From an uncultured Planctomycetota bacterium (GTDB lineage: Bacteria; Planctomycetota; Planctomycetia; Pirellulales; Lacipirellulaceae): a DNA stretch of 64,000 nt. Each line of letters starts with the position of its first letter. The first letter of the stretch is position 1. The DNA lies in NCBI GenBank assembly GCA_963719315.1, contig CAVRBU010000003.1, positions 192,001 to 256,000 of the forward strand, in the 5' to 3' direction. Positions 1 through 10,617 of the stretch are shown here, one piece after another. The notes under the pieces were generated by a model. The model saw nothing but the letters and a program-made list of their open reading frames with translations. It was not told where the DNA came from and ran no database searches. The position numbers were made by a program, and so were the translations under genes.

Positions 1-2
1 TC

Positions 3-1772
3 ATGCGCGAAAAGTTCAGCGTGGGCCAGTATGTGCTCCTTTCGGGCAAGCCGCGGTACAAGGGCGGCCGGAGGCAAATGTCGCATCCTCGCGTCACATG
101 GCTCGATGGCGCGGACGATCAACCCGAAATGCGGCTCTTGCCGCTCTATCCATTGACCGAAGGACTGACCCAATATCAGGCGCGGCGGATGGTCACGAGC
201 GCGCTGGAGTTATGTACCCCCGTTTTGGAGGAAGTTTTTTCCGAATCTCTATTGCGACAATACGATCTGATGCCACTTGCCGAGGCGCTGCCCGCCATCC
301 ATTCGCCACAGGATGCCGCACAATTGGAGCGTGCCCGCCGGCGATTCGTCTATCAGGAACTATTCATCTTGCAGTTGGCGGTCGTTGCGCGGCGATGGCA
401 GCAGCAAGTCGGCTTTCGCGCGCCGCGGCTTGAGGCGACGGCCGAGATCAACGCCCGCATCGAGCGACTGTTTCCGTTCGAGTGGACGTCCGGCCAACGT
501 ACCGCCATTGCCGAAGTAGCCGGCGACCTTGCCAACGAAACGCCGATGAACCGCCTGCTGCAGGGCGACGTCGGCAGCGGGAAGACGGTCGTCGCCGTCT
601 ACGCGATGCTCGTCTGCGTCGCCCGCGGCTATCAAGCCGCGCTCATGGCGCCGACCGAAATCCTGGCCCGCCAACATGTCGAAACGCTGGCCGCACTTTT
701 GCGAGCCAGCCGCGTGCGCTATTTGCTGCTCGTCGGCGGCATGACGGCCCGCGAGCGCGAAGAAGCATTGGCTCAAATCGCGGCCGGCCAGATCGACCTG
801 GTGATCGGCACGCACGCCATCGTGCAAGAAGACGTCCGTTTCGCCAAGCTCGGCCTCGTTGTGATCGACGAGCAACACAAGTTCGGCGTGCGCCAACGGG
901 CGGCTTTGCGGCAGGGCCAGCAATCGCCGCATTACCTGGTGATGACCGCCACGCCGATCCCCCGCACGATTAGCATGACGCTCTTCGGCGACCTCGACGT
1001 GACGACGCTCCGCGAGATGCCCCCGGGCCGGCAGGAAGTGCGCACATACGTCGTCGGACCGGCCGAGCAAGCCCGCTGGTGGCACTTCGTCCGCGGAAAA
1101 CTGCAAGCCGGCCGGCAAGCGTACGTCGTCGCCCCGCTCGTCGACGAATCGCAGAACATCGCCGCGGCCAGCGTTGCCGAAGCGTTCGAGCGCCTCTCGA
1201 ACGGCGAACTGGCCGCGTTCCGCGTCGGCATCATCCACGGCCGCATGTCATCGGAAGAGAAGGAAGAGGCGATGGCCAACTTCCGCGCGGGCCGCACGCA
1301 GGTGCTGGTCTCCACCAGCGTTATCGAAGTCGGTGTCGATGTGCACAACGCCTGCATCATGGTCGTCGACTCGCCCGAGCGTTTTGGACTGGCCCAATTG
1401 CACCAACTCCGCGGCCGCGTCGGTCGCGGAAAGCTCGCTGGCTTCTGCGCAGTGCTGGTCGGCGAAGAACTATCGGAGCAAGCCCGCGCCCGACTCGATG
1501 CGTTCGCCGCCACCGCCGACGGCTTCGAACTGGCCGAAATGGATTTCCAACTCCGTGGCCCCGGCGACCTTTTCGGAACGCAGCAACACGGCCTGCCACC
1601 GCTACGAATCGCCGACCTCCGCCACGACCAGGCGATTCTCGAAGAAGCCCGCCGCGAAGCAAAACTACTCTTCGCCGCCGACCCCGGCCTCAAAAGCCCC
1701 GACCATGCGCGCTTGCGCCGGCAGATGCTTACCCGCTACGGCAATGCGCTGGATTTAAGCGACGTGGGATAG
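3..1772 (+). CDS. recG: ATP-dependent DNA helicase RecG (5'-truncated by window edge)
   Basis: RLLQGDVGSGKT, MAPTEILARQH, DEQHKFGVRQR, MTATPIPRT, ERFGLAQLHQLRGRVGRG and RGPGD motifs. Confidence 0.97.
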   Translation: MREKFSVGQYVLLSGKPRYKGGRRQMSHPRVTWLDGADDQPEMRLLPLYPLTEGLTQYQARRMVTSALELCTPVLEEVFSESLLRQYDLMPLAEALPAIHSPQDAAQLERARRRFVYQELFILQLAVVARRWQQQVGFRAPRLEATAEINARIERLFPFEWTSGQRTAIAEVAGDLANETPMNRLLQGDVGSGKTVVAVYAMLVCVARGYQAALMAPTEILARQHVETLAALLRASRVRYLLLVGGMTAREREEALAQIAAGQIDLVIGTHAIVQEDVRFAKLGLVVIDEQHKFGVRQRAALRQGQQSPHYLVMTATPIPRTISMTLFGDLDVTTLREMPPGRQEVRTYVVGPAEQARWWHFVRGKLQAGRQAYVVAPLVDESQNIAAASVAEAFERLSNGELAAFRVGIIHGRMSSEEKEEAMANFRAGRTQVLVSTSVIEVGVDVHNACIMVVDSPERFGLAQLHQLRGRVGRGKLAGFCAVLVGEELSEQARARLDAFAATADGFELAEMDFQLRGPGDLFGTQQHGLPPLRIADLRHDQAILEEARREAKLLFAADPGLKSPDHARLRRQMLTRYGNALDLSDVG

Positions 1773-1951
1773 TGCCCTTTGCAAGGCGAAGAGCTAAATC
1801 TAGCAACGAAGAAATACTCGCCCACGATCGATGCGAGCGAGTAGAATTGGTTCCGTAGGAGAAGTTTGTCATCGACTGCCCCGGTTCCAGCGCCTGGCGG
1901 ATTCCGTGTCGATCGACTTGTTGAAGTGGACTTCTAGACAGAACCCATATT

Positions 1952-3847
1952 ATGAACGTCATGAAACACCCGATTACGACCGCGCTCACTCTTTCGGTAC
2001 TCACGACCTTTCCCCAGACACTTTCTCGTGCCGCTGACCGCGCCGAAACTCCATCCCGGCCTAATATCGTGCTAATCTTTGCCGACGATCTTGGGATCAA
2101 AGATCTTTCGTGCTACGGACGAAAGGATCAGCAAACGCCCAACTTAGACCGCTTCGCGCTTCAGGGAATGCGATTCACTTCCGCCTATTCGGCGGCGCCG
2201 GTTTGCTCGCCATCGCGGGCGGCAATCTTGACGGGCAAGTGCCCGGCCCGCCTCAACCTAACTAATTTCCTAAACGGTCGTGCCGATGCGCCCTCGCAAA
2301 GACTCCTGCAACCGAGAATCGAGGGACAGCTTCCGCTTGAGGAGGTAACCCTCGCCGAGCTGTTGAAGAAATTCGGCTATTCTACAGGAGTTTTTGGCAA
2401 GTGGCATCTCGGCGGGCGCGGTTTCACGCCCCAGGCGCAGGGATTTGACGTGGCGTTTGTGCCTCCCACCAAGTCGGAACCAACGCTAGAGAACGGTGGT
2501 AAGGGGGAATACGCGATCACGGCCGCGGCGGAGAAATTCATCGAGGATCATCGCGATCAGCCGTTCTTCTGCTATGTGCCGCACAATTGTCCTCACGTTC
2601 CGCTGGCGGCCGCGCCCGAACTGATCGAGAAGAATCGCGGCGCCTTCAATCCTGTGTACGCCGCGATGGTGGAAACACTCGACGATGCCGTTGGCCGGCT
2701 GGTCGCGAAGATCGATGCGCTGGGCTTGGCGAATCGTACGATCATCGTGTTCACGAGCGACAACGGCGGACTGCACGTGTTCGAACTTCCTAACTCTCCC
2801 GCAACGCTTAACTCGCCGTTTCGCGCCGGCAAGGGTTTTCTCTACGAAGGTGGATTGCTTGAACCGATGATTGTCCGCTGGCCGGGCGTGGTGGCCGCCG
2901 GCAGTGTTTGCGAAACGCCCGTCGTGCTTACCGACCTATTTCCAACATTTCTGAGTGCCGCCGGCGACGACGTTGCGAAAACAATCGGCCCTGTCGATGG
3001 CCTCGACATCGTACAACTACTTCGCGGCGAGTCGCTGCCTTCACGCGCACTTTTCTGGCACTTGCCGAATTACACGAATCAAGGTAGCCGTCCGTCCGGC
3101 GCGATTCGCGATGGCGATTGGAAACTCATCGAGCAATTCGAGGACGATAGCATCGAACTGTACAATCTTGCGCACGATCCGGGCGAAGAACACAACCTTG
3201 CCGCCTCTGATCCCAGGCGTGCTGCCGAGCTTCTCGATAAGCTCCGCGGCTGGCGTACCACCGTAGGAGCGCGAATGCCTGTGCCGAATCCCAGCTTCGA
3301 TGCCGAGTTGCATCGCCGATTGTACGTCGATATGGATCCGTCGCAGCTCAAAGCCGAGCCCACTGCGGCCGCGACCGCCAAACATTGGCAAGCGTGGCGG
3401 GAAGCGATGGACAACGCGATCAAGGGGCGAAAAACCTCAGTGACGCCTGCCACTGGCGATATCCGCTTGCACGCGAAAGATGCCCACATTCACGGTAACA
3501 TGTTGCGATACGAACCACAGCCGAACAAGAACGTACTCGGATATTGGTCGAACGTAAAAGATTGGGCCGGCTGGGACTTCGAAATTAAAAAAGCGGGTGT
3601 GTACGAAGTTGAATTTCAACAGGGATGTGGAACAGGTAGCGGGGGGGCCGATGTGGCTGTTCAAATCGACGATCATGAACTGAAGTTCACGGTGCAAGAT
3701 ACGGGAAACTTTCAGAACATGATTCTGCGGACGATCGGCACGGTCAAACTCGCAACGGGAAAGCATTCTCTTGCCGTGAAGCCACGCACGAAGCCGGGAC
3801 TAGCCGTCATGGATCTGCGGCGCGTCGTGCTTCGACCGGTACCGTAG
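1952..3847 (+). CDS. Secreted sulfatase (FGly type) with C-terminal beta-sandwich/CBM-like domain
   Basis: Signal-like N-terminus, PNIVLIFADDLG, CSPSRAAILTG, GKWHLG, FTSDNGG; extra ~130-aa C-terminal domain. Confidence 0.93.
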   Translation: MNVMKHPITTALTLSVLTTFPQTLSRAADRAETPSRPNIVLIFADDLGIKDLSCYGRKDQQTPNLDRFALQGMRFTSAYSAAPVCSPSRAAILTGKCPARLNLTNFLNGRADAPSQRLLQPRIEGQLPLEEVTLAELLKKFGYSTGVFGKWHLGGRGFTPQAQGFDVAFVPPTKSEPTLENGGKGEYAITAAAEKFIEDHRDQPFFCYVPHNCPHVPLAAAPELIEKNRGAFNPVYAAMVETLDDAVGRLVAKIDALGLANRTIIVFTSDNGGLHVFELPNSPATLNSPFRAGKGFLYEGGLLEPMIVRWPGVVAAGSVCETPVVLTDLFPTFLSAAGDDVAKTIGPVDGLDIVQLLRGESLPSRALFWHLPNYTNQGSRPSGAIRDGDWKLIEQFEDDSIELYNLAHDPGEEHNLAASDPRRAAELLDKLRGWRTTVGARMPVPNPSFDAELHRRLYVDMDPSQLKAEPTAAATAKHWQAWREAMDNAIKGRKTSVTPATGDIRLHAKDAHIHGNMLRYEPQPNKNVLGYWSNVKDWAGWDFEIKKAGVYEVEFQQGCGTGSGGADVAVQIDDHELKFTVQDTGNFQNMILRTIGTVKLATGKHSLAVKPRTKPGLAVMDLRRVVLRPVP

Positions 3848-3933
3848 GCACGAAGCCTTCTGCGTGAAGCGAGCGCTCCATTAAGCGTCCGGAGTGCCAT
3901 CTCCGACGCCAACAATCGGCCAAGTTGGTTAGT

Positions 3934-6366
3934 TTACTCGCCTTTGAGCTTCTTGGCTTTCCGCACCATGTCGAGAAACTCAGCGCGGTAGCCGTGCTCA
4001 TCGGTTCCGACGCCGCTCTGAGCAAGTTCGAGATCGGCCGCATACGTCAGGGTGCCTTTGTACTGTGAATCGCGGAGCAACAGGCCAAAGCCCGCAACGG
4101 CCGACGCGAATTGAAAATCATCCGTCGCCTCGCCAAACGCCTTGCCGCCGTCAGTGACGGGCCACTCCAGCTTCTTGCTCGTGTCTCCATCCGGCGCCTT
4201 GTAACGCATCTTGAGCGTGAGTAGCTCCTGGCTAACGTCAGCAGCAGGTGGCTGGGGTCGAGGCTCTGCCGAGCCCTCAGCAGTCGGCGCGACGGGTTTC
4301 TGGTACTTCAAATCATCCACCGGCGCCACATCCACCTTCTTGCCGGCCGGAATGATCTCATACATCGCCGTAACCGTGTGGCCCGCGCCGATTTCGCCAG
4401 CATCCTTCTTGTCGTTGTTAAAGTCCTCGGTCCGCAGCATCCGATCCTCGTAGCCGATCAGCCGATAGCCGGCGACCTGGGCCGGGTTGAACTCGACCTG
4501 AATCTTCACATCCTTGGCGATTGTCACCAGCGTGCCGGCCATTTCTTCGACGAGCACTTTGCGGGCCTCGGTACGGTTATCGACGTAGTGATAGTTGCCG
4601 TTGCCGTGGTTCGAAATGGCTTCCATCATCGCGTCGTTGAGGTTCCCGCGCCCGAAGCCAAGCACCGACAGGAATACACCCGTGTCCTTGGCCTTCTTCT
4701 CGACCAACCGCTGGAGCTCGCCCGTACTGGTGACTCCGACATTGAAGTCGCCGTCGGTGCATAGGATCACGCGGTTCGTGCCGCCTTTGATGAAATTATC
4801 CTCAGCGATCTGATAAGCAAGCTGAATGCCGGCCCCGCCCGCCGTCGAGCCGCCCGCCTGCAGCTTGGCGAGCGCCGCGAGGATCGTATCCTGCTTCGTG
4901 CCACTTGTGCTGGGCAGCACCAGGCCCTCGCTGCTGGCATAAACGACAATCGCAATGTGATCATTCTCGCCGAGCTCTTTGGTGAGTTGTTCGAGACCAT
5001 ACACCACGAGCGGCAGCTTCGCCGGCTCGTTCATCGAGCCCGACACATCCACCAGAAAAACCAGATTCGACTGCGGCCGCTTCGAGCGATCCATCTCGCG
5101 GCCCTTCACCGCAATCCGCGCCAGCCGATGCTCAGAGTTCCACGGGCAACTGACCACTTCGACATGCGCCGCGAACGGCGCCTCATCATCGCCCTTCGGC
5201 GGCGTGTAGTCGTATTGGAAGTAGTTGACGAGCTCCTCGATCCGTACGGCATCCGGCGGCGGGAGTTGGTTCATTTTCGTCAGGAACTGCCGCACGTTCG
5301 TGTAGGAGGCCGTGTCGACATCGATTGAAAACGTAGAGACTGCGTCCGGGCCAACCGTTTTGATGAACGGGTTCTCGACGATCGCCGTGTACTTATCTCC
5401 CGATGAACCAGGGCCAATTCCTTCAACGGTTTTGCGCAGTTGAGCCTGCACCTCGGGGTCTGTGACCACAACTGGCCTATTGATCTCGCGTAGCACGTCC
5501 TCACGACCGTCGTGGTATGCAAGCGATTCACGCAGATTACTAATTGTTTTCTGTCTCTCCAAGCCGAGGTTCTGGCTTCCACCCTGGCCACCACCTTCGG
5601 GCCCACGCTGTTTCAAATACGGTCGGTCGGCGGCCGCGGCTAGATTACCGTTCGTCGTATGGTTGGTCGTCGCTGTGGCTAACCCCGGAGTAGGATTTGC
5701 AACACCGTACCGCCCGGAAAGATCGATGGATTCGTAGTAGTGTTCAATATCTTTGCTAGCCACCTGCTGTTGTTTGAACTGGACATTGTCCGTCATGTAA
5801 TACGGGGAGGGCAACGCAGCTACAGCAGGCGCGTTGCCAGGCGCTTGTTCGGCAACGCTCTGCGATTGCGAAACGCTAAGACTTAAGTTTGCCGGCGCGG
5901 GCCCGCTACTCGGCTCTTGACCTTCCCAAACGTCTCTCTGAACTGTCGATTGCGCCAGGTCGATTAAAGAATCAAAATCGGCTGCGCCTTTAGTCTTTGT
6001 TTCGGAACGAAATTCGGAGGAAAGGATCCGGCGATCTGCCTGTGTGCTTTGTTTCGCTGCTTCGACGACGCCTGAACGCGAGGCGGAGAGGTTGGGATTA
6101 CCTGTGTCTTGCCACAACAGCGATGCCACGCCAACGAGCAGCATCGCCGCTACCGCCGCACTAAACCATCGGAAGGGGTGTGAGCGCCGACCCGTGGCCA
6201 CAACTTCCGGCCTAGTCGCCCGCGCGGCCTCGTGCACCGTGGCGATGCGGCCCGATAAATCGGGCGGCACTCGCTGGCCGATCAGTTCCGCTAGCGCGGT
6301 GTCCAGCAACCGATCATGAAGATCGTCGAGTTGAACGGGTTCGTGATTTTCGTTGACTGCGCTCAT
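3934..6366 (-). CDS. YfbK-like vWA-domain protein with N-terminal membrane-anchored, putative anti-sigma segment
   Basis: STFSIDVDTASY, VRIEELVNYF, MIDAS DVSGSM, LCTDGDFNVG, AKDVKIQVEFNP, DAGEIGAGH; one TM near the N-terminus; directly downstream of ECF sigma. Confidence 0.9.
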   Translation of the reverse strand: MSAVNENHEPVQLDDLHDRLLDTALAELIGQRVPPDLSGRIATVHEAARATRPEVVATGRRSHPFRWFSAAVAAMLLVGVASLLWQDTGNPNLSASRSGVVEAAKQSTQADRRILSSEFRSETKTKGAADFDSLIDLAQSTVQRDVWEGQEPSSGPAPANLSLSVSQSQSVAEQAPGNAPAVAALPSPYYMTDNVQFKQQQVASKDIEHYYESIDLSGRYGVANPTPGLATATTNHTTNGNLAAAADRPYLKQRGPEGGGQGGSQNLGLERQKTISNLRESLAYHDGREDVLREINRPVVVTDPEVQAQLRKTVEGIGPGSSGDKYTAIVENPFIKTVGPDAVSTFSIDVDTASYTNVRQFLTKMNQLPPPDAVRIEELVNYFQYDYTPPKGDDEAPFAAHVEVVSCPWNSEHRLARIAVKGREMDRSKRPQSNLVFLVDVSGSMNEPAKLPLVVYGLEQLTKELGENDHIAIVVYASSEGLVLPSTSGTKQDTILAALAKLQAGGSTAGGAGIQLAYQIAEDNFIKGGTNRVILCTDGDFNVGVTSTGELQRLVEKKAKDTGVFLSVLGFGRGNLNDAMMEAISNHGNGNYHYVDNRTEARKVLVEEMAGTLVTIAKDVKIQVEFNPAQVAGYRLIGYEDRMLRTEDFNNDKKDAGEIGAGHTVTAMYEIIPAGKKVDVAPVDDLKYQKPVAPTAEGSAEPRPQPPAADVSQELLTLKMRYKAPDGDTSKKLEWPVTDGGKAFGEATDDFQFASAVAGFGLLLRDSQYKGTLTYAADLELAQSGVGTDEHGYRAEFLDMVRKAKKLKGE

Positions 6367-6411
6367 CGTAATTTATTCGGCCTTGCGGCCGACGCTGCAC
6401 GGCGGCCGACG

Positions 6412-7026
6412 TTAGGGGTTAGTTTCGTTTTTCAACTTCCTCTCGACGCACTCGCGTAGCGATTGCCGTGTACGCCGCAACAGCGTTTTCACGCCATCCG
6501 GCTGCATCTCAAGTTGCGCCGCAATTGCTTCGCGGCTCACTGACTCGCGGTAGTGCAGGTCGATGGCCTCGCGCGCCCGGCCTTCGAGCAATTTTAAACA
6601 ATCGCCCAGCGCATCGAGGTATCGGGCCAGGCTGCCGTCCGGCCCCGCTGCTGCGGCCCACACGCTGTCGGCCGCTTCCAGCTCGACCGTCCCAGGTTCG
6701 CGGTTCTGTTTGCGACGCAGTGCCAGCAACTGGTTGCGTGCTACCACCCGCAAGTACCCGGCCGTTTGTCGCTCATCGCGCTCGACAAACTCGGCCCTAG
6801 CAAGGGCCAGGAACGTCTCCTGCGTGACGTCGTCGGCCTCCGACGGATCAGCACCCAGGAATCGCACGTAGCGCCACACGCCCGCCTGGTGCCGATGCAC
6901 AAGGCTCGCGAGGTCGAACGGTTCGGCCGGGATCGAAGTCGCCCCAGGCCGTTGCGGCGGTTCCTTGATTGCCGTCATGCTGTTAGAAGTGCGCGAGCCC
7001 AGAAAAGGGTTCAGAAACCTCGCCAA
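6412..7026 (-). CDS. ECF (sigma-70 family) RNA polymerase sigma factor; start may be further downstream
   Basis: Region 2 (VWRYVRFLG..EADDVTQETF) and region 4 HTH (REAIAAQLEM...VKTLLRRTR). Confidence 0.92.
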   Translation of the reverse strand: MARFLNPFLGSRTSNSMTAIKEPPQRPGATSIPAEPFDLASLVHRHQAGVWRYVRFLGADPSEADDVTQETFLALARAEFVERDERQTAGYLRVVARNQLLALRRKQNREPGTVELEAADSVWAAAAGPDGSLARYLDALGDCLKLLEGRAREAIDLHYRESVSREAIAAQLEMQPDGVKTLLRRTRQSLRECVERKLKNETNP

Positions 7027-7122
7027 TAATTCATCTGATTGGAGCCCGCAGCGCCAGCAAGGGCACTGTGCGTTAGCCCGCGCTCCCTTGCTCGCGCTGC
7101 GGTCTCTGATCCAGTCAATCAG

Positions 7123-7521
7123 TCATGATCGAACCACGTTCTGGAAACAGAGCGCGTACCCATCGGGATCCTTCACGAAGAGTTGATTCAAGCCATAAAA
7201 TGCGACTTTTGGCGGATCGAGGCTGAGGCCGGCCGCCCGGAATTCGGCGAAGAGTGCGTCGGCATCGTCGCACAGGAAGAAAAACTCCACGCCTCTGCCC
7301 CGCCCAGCTGCAGGCCCGTCTTCCCCGCTCGCTTCCTGGAGCATAACTGCCGACCCGCCGCGTTCGACCCAGCACCACTGTAGCTTGCCGTCGGGACGCC
7401 ACGAGTCAGTCATCGTGAAACCTAACGACTCGCAATAGAATGCGGCGGATCGCTCAATGTCCTTAACGAAGAGCAGGGGTACAACCTGCTGAATGACAGC
7501 GGTGTTTTCGACGGTGTTCAT
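7123..7521 (-). CDS. VOC/glyoxalase/bleomycin-resistance family protein
   Basis: VPLLFVKDIERSAAFY..LGF and FYGLNQLFVKDPDGY motifs. Confidence 0.88.
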   Translation of the reverse strand: MNTVENTAVIQQVVPLLFVKDIERSAAFYCESLGFTMTDSWRPDGKLQWCWVERGGSAVMLQEASGEDGPAAGRGRGVEFFFLCDDADALFAEFRAAGLSLDPPKVAFYGLNQLFVKDPDGYALCFQNVVRS

Positions 7522-8654
7522 GTTGCAACCCTAATTGCCGCAGCCGCCCGCCAGCGCGTGCCCTCGCGCTCCACGCGGTGATACAGTGTATCGCGTTCCA
7601 CCGGCTCGCGGCCGGCTTCGGTAATCAGCCGGCGGATCGCTTCGACTGATAGTACTTCCGGCGTCGTCGCGCCGGCGTCGTGATAGATGAGCTCGTGCCG
7701 TACGGTGCCATCGAGATCATCGGCCCCATACGACAGGGCAACTTGCGCCGTACCGATGCCGAGCATGATCCAATACGCCTTGATGTGCGCGATGTTATCC
7801 AGCATCAGCCGGCTCACGGCCATTACCCGCAGGTCCATCAGACTCGTGGGCTTCTTAATGTGCGAGAGGCCCGTGTTATCGGGGTGGAACGCCAGTGGGA
7901 TGAACGTCTGGAAGCCGCCCGTTTCGTCTTGCAGTTCGCGAAGGCGGATGAGGTGGTCAATCCGATGGTATGGCTGCTCGATGTGGCCGTAGAGCATCGT
8001 GCAGTTGGAACGCAGGCCCAACTCGTGAGCCGTGCGATGCGTTTCGAACCAGCGGCGCGCATCGGCCTTGTGCTCACAAATCTGATTGCGGACCTCGGGA
8101 TGAAAAATCTCCGCCCCGCCGCCGGGCAGGCTGCCGAGGCCCGCTTCGACCATGTCTTCCAGCACTTCGCGCACACTCTTTTTGGAAAGCCGGCAGAACC
8201 AATCGATCTCGACGGGCGTCCACGCTTTGAGGTGCAGCTCGGGGTACATTTCGTGCAGCAGGCGGATGACGTTGAGGTACCAATCGTACTTCATCTGGTG
8301 GTGCAGGCCGCCGACGATGTGCATCTCGGTGCAACCGTTCTCCACCGCCTCGCCGCCGCGGGCCAGAATCTGCTCGTCGCTCATCATGTACCCTTTCGGG
8401 TCGCGCAGATCGGAGCGAAACGCACAGAACACGCAGCGATACACGCACACGTTCGTGGGGTTGAGGTGCGTGTTGATGTTGTAGTAGGCCGCGTTGCCGT
8501 TCTTGCGCTCGCGCACGAAGTTGGCCAGCTCACCCACTTCCGGCAGCGGCGCATCGGGCCGTTCGAGCGCGAGGCCATCTTCGAGCGTAAGCCGCTCGCC
8601 GGCTTCGATTTTTTCGCGAACGGGGTTCAGAATGGGAGTAAACGTCCGTAACAT
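7518..8654 (-). CDS. mqnE: Aminofutalosine synthase MqnE (CofH-family radical SAM)
   Basis: NPTNVCVYRCVFCAF, HIVGGLH, SLPGGGAEIF, FIPLAFHPDNT, HIKAYWIM; sits in menaquinone cluster. Confidence 0.9.
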   Translation of the reverse strand: MLRTFTPILNPVREKIEAGERLTLEDGLALERPDAPLPEVGELANFVRERKNGNAAYYNINTHLNPTNVCVYRCVFCAFRSDLRDPKGYMMSDEQILARGGEAVENGCTEMHIVGGLHHQMKYDWYLNVIRLLHEMYPELHLKAWTPVEIDWFCRLSKKSVREVLEDMVEAGLGSLPGGGAEIFHPEVRNQICEHKADARRWFETHRTAHELGLRSNCTMLYGHIEQPYHRIDHLIRLRELQDETGGFQTFIPLAFHPDNTGLSHIKKPTSLMDLRVMAVSRLMLDNIAHIKAYWIMLGIGTAQVALSYGADDLDGTVRHELIYHDAGATTPEVLSVEAIRRLITEAGREPVERDTLYHRVEREGTRWRAAAAIRVAT

Positions 8655-8663
8655 GAATTTAAA

Positions 8664-9494
8664 TCAGTTTGCGGCTAATGTTTTCACGACATCCTGGGAA
8701 AGTTCACGAAATGTGTACGATTGCTTGGGGAGCAGGCTGAATTGATAAATGAACCGAGTAAGAGCATGTTGGAATCCCAGGCAAACAAATGCAGTGCCAA
8801 ACATCACCATGAATGTCGTAATGGCTACCGCGAAGATGGGATCAGCGTGACCGATCATCCGTGGCAGTAACAAGGTGCCTAGTAGAAACTGAAACGCAAT
8901 CACAAGTGGTATGGCCAATAACGTCATTATCGAAACCAGATTATCGTTGCAACGAATACGACGATACAAAGTTCCCCTACCACATGTGAGGAGGTGTAAG
9001 TACGAGACAAACTCACTTAATTGGCGACCATGAAGTCTTTCTAAGACTCTTGTACTTGGCGAAATTCGAACACCTAGTGGATCAACTTGACTAACGATTT
9101 CCTCCAAAGCATAGAATGCTCCTGCAGTTTCGCATGTCTGGCCAAAGACCGTTGTAGGCTTCACACCGATGGCGATGTAGTTCTCACTAATAAACAATGC
9201 TAGGTCTTTGAAGGTACAACTTTCTCGTGCAGGTTGAACTCGATCACTGAACTTTGGCACTAACTTCTGGCCGCCTGCACGATGGGGAAAAACGGTCTCT
9301 AGCTCTTCACAAAGGATTTCGAAATCGTCGACATCGGGGACGACACTTGCAATGGACTGATCCCAATCGAACTCCGACTTGATGGATAGCTCACTCTCAA
9401 GCAAAACTCGAACAACCCATCCAATTTGCTCCGCGGCAGTGCCATGCACAGACTCGTTACGCATCCTTTGTTCTCCTGTAACTGCAGTTTTCAA
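8664..9494 (-). CDS. Hypothetical two-TM membrane protein in a low-GC insert
   Basis: 276-aa ORF filling the ubiA-mqnE gap; visibly AT-richer than flanks; two hydrophobic segments near the C-terminus. Confidence 0.65.
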   Translation of the reverse strand: MKTAVTGEQRMRNESVHGTAAEQIGWVVRVLLESELSIKSEFDWDQSIASVVPDVDDFEILCEELETVFPHRAGGQKLVPKFSDRVQPARESCTFKDLALFISENYIAIGVKPTTVFGQTCETAGAFYALEEIVSQVDPLGVRISPSTRVLERLHGRQLSEFVSYLHLLTCGRGTLYRRIRCNDNLVSIMTLLAIPLVIAFQFLLGTLLLPRMIGHADPIFAVAITTFMVMFGTAFVCLGFQHALTRFIYQFSLLPKQSYTFRELSQDVVKTLAAN

Positions 9495-9509
9495 AGGCTG
9501 AGAGTAGTA

Positions 9510-10556
9510 TCACCCACCGCCCCCCCACAGGTCCAGGCACCCGACGATGAACAGCCCGATGCTAATCACCGCATTTACGTTAAAAAACGCGGCATTTACG
9601 CGGGAGAGATCGTCTGGCCGCACCAGCAGGTGTTCGTAGATCAAGAGCACGGCGACGGCCGCCACGCCGGTCCAGAAAATCCAGCCGAAGAGTGGATACA
9701 CCAGCGGCAGGCACGCGAGCAACACGATCGTCAGCAAATGACAGACGGCGGCCAGCCGCAATGCGCCCGGAATTCCGAGTGCGACCGGAATGCTATGCAG
9801 CCCGGACCCACGGTCGTAATCGTAATCCTGGCAGGCGTAGATAATGTCGAACCCGGCGACCCAGGTAAGCACCGCCCCGCCGAGCACAATCGCAGGCAGC
9901 AGATCAGAAGGACGTGCCATAGTCACTTGCCCGCGAATCGCAATCCACGTCGCGACGGGCGAGAGCGCAAGGGCGGTGCCCAGCCAAAAGTGGGCGAGTG
10001 CTGTAAATCGCTTGGCATAACTGTACCCCGCCAAAAACACAAGCACTGGAACGGATAGAAACAATGGCAGCCGATTGGGCAAGAATAGCAGCGTACTCGT
10101 CACGAAACCAATCGCACAAAACGCGGTAAACACACCGACTTGCTGCACGCTCAAGATCTGTCCCGGCAAGTGCCGCCCCGCCGTCCGGGGATTTTTCGCG
10201 TCCAGTCGGTGGTCCGCCAACCGATTCCACGCCATCGCAAAACTTCGTGCCGTCGCCATACACAGCAAGATACCAAGGACTTCCTGCCAACGAATCGAAA
10301 ATCCATGCCATTTTGGATTACCCGCACACCCATAAGATTCAACCATTTGATTTGTAATTAAGTCCAAGAGCGCATCTACTGATGCGCCCTGAATTGATCC
10401 GCCTTTTTGCATGCCAGTTCGGACTATTTGGTCCAACGTGTGTTGATACGTCTGCAGCCGCCACGCCATCACCGCTGCCAACAGCGCAAACGGCAGCGCA
10501 AAGAGCGTATGGCTGAAGCGAACGAGCTCCAAAAGATGGCGAATAGTGCGGAACAT
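9510..10556 (-). CDS. ubiA: UbiA-family polyprenyltransferase (MqnP-like)
   Basis: RFSHTLFALPFA, ARSFAMAWNRLADHRLDAKNPRT, YSYAKRFT, WVAGFDIIYACQD, FFNVN; start taken at MFRTI. Confidence 0.92.
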   Translation of the reverse strand: MFRTIRHLLELVRFSHTLFALPFALLAAVMAWRLQTYQHTLDQIVRTGMQKGGSIQGASVDALLDLITNQMVESYGCAGNPKWHGFSIRWQEVLGILLCMATARSFAMAWNRLADHRLDAKNPRTAGRHLPGQILSVQQVGVFTAFCAIGFVTSTLLFLPNRLPLFLSVPVLVFLAGYSYAKRFTALAHFWLGTALALSPVATWIAIRGQVTMARPSDLLPAIVLGGAVLTWVAGFDIIYACQDYDYDRGSGLHSIPVALGIPGALRLAAVCHLLTIVLLACLPLVYPLFGWIFWTGVAAVAVLLIYEHLLVRPDDLSRVNAAFFNVNAVISIGLFIVGCLDLWGGGG

Positions 10557-10617
10557 CTTGATTTCGGACTGCGGATTTCGGATTGTGGATTCAATCGAAT
10601 TAATCCGCAATCCGCAA

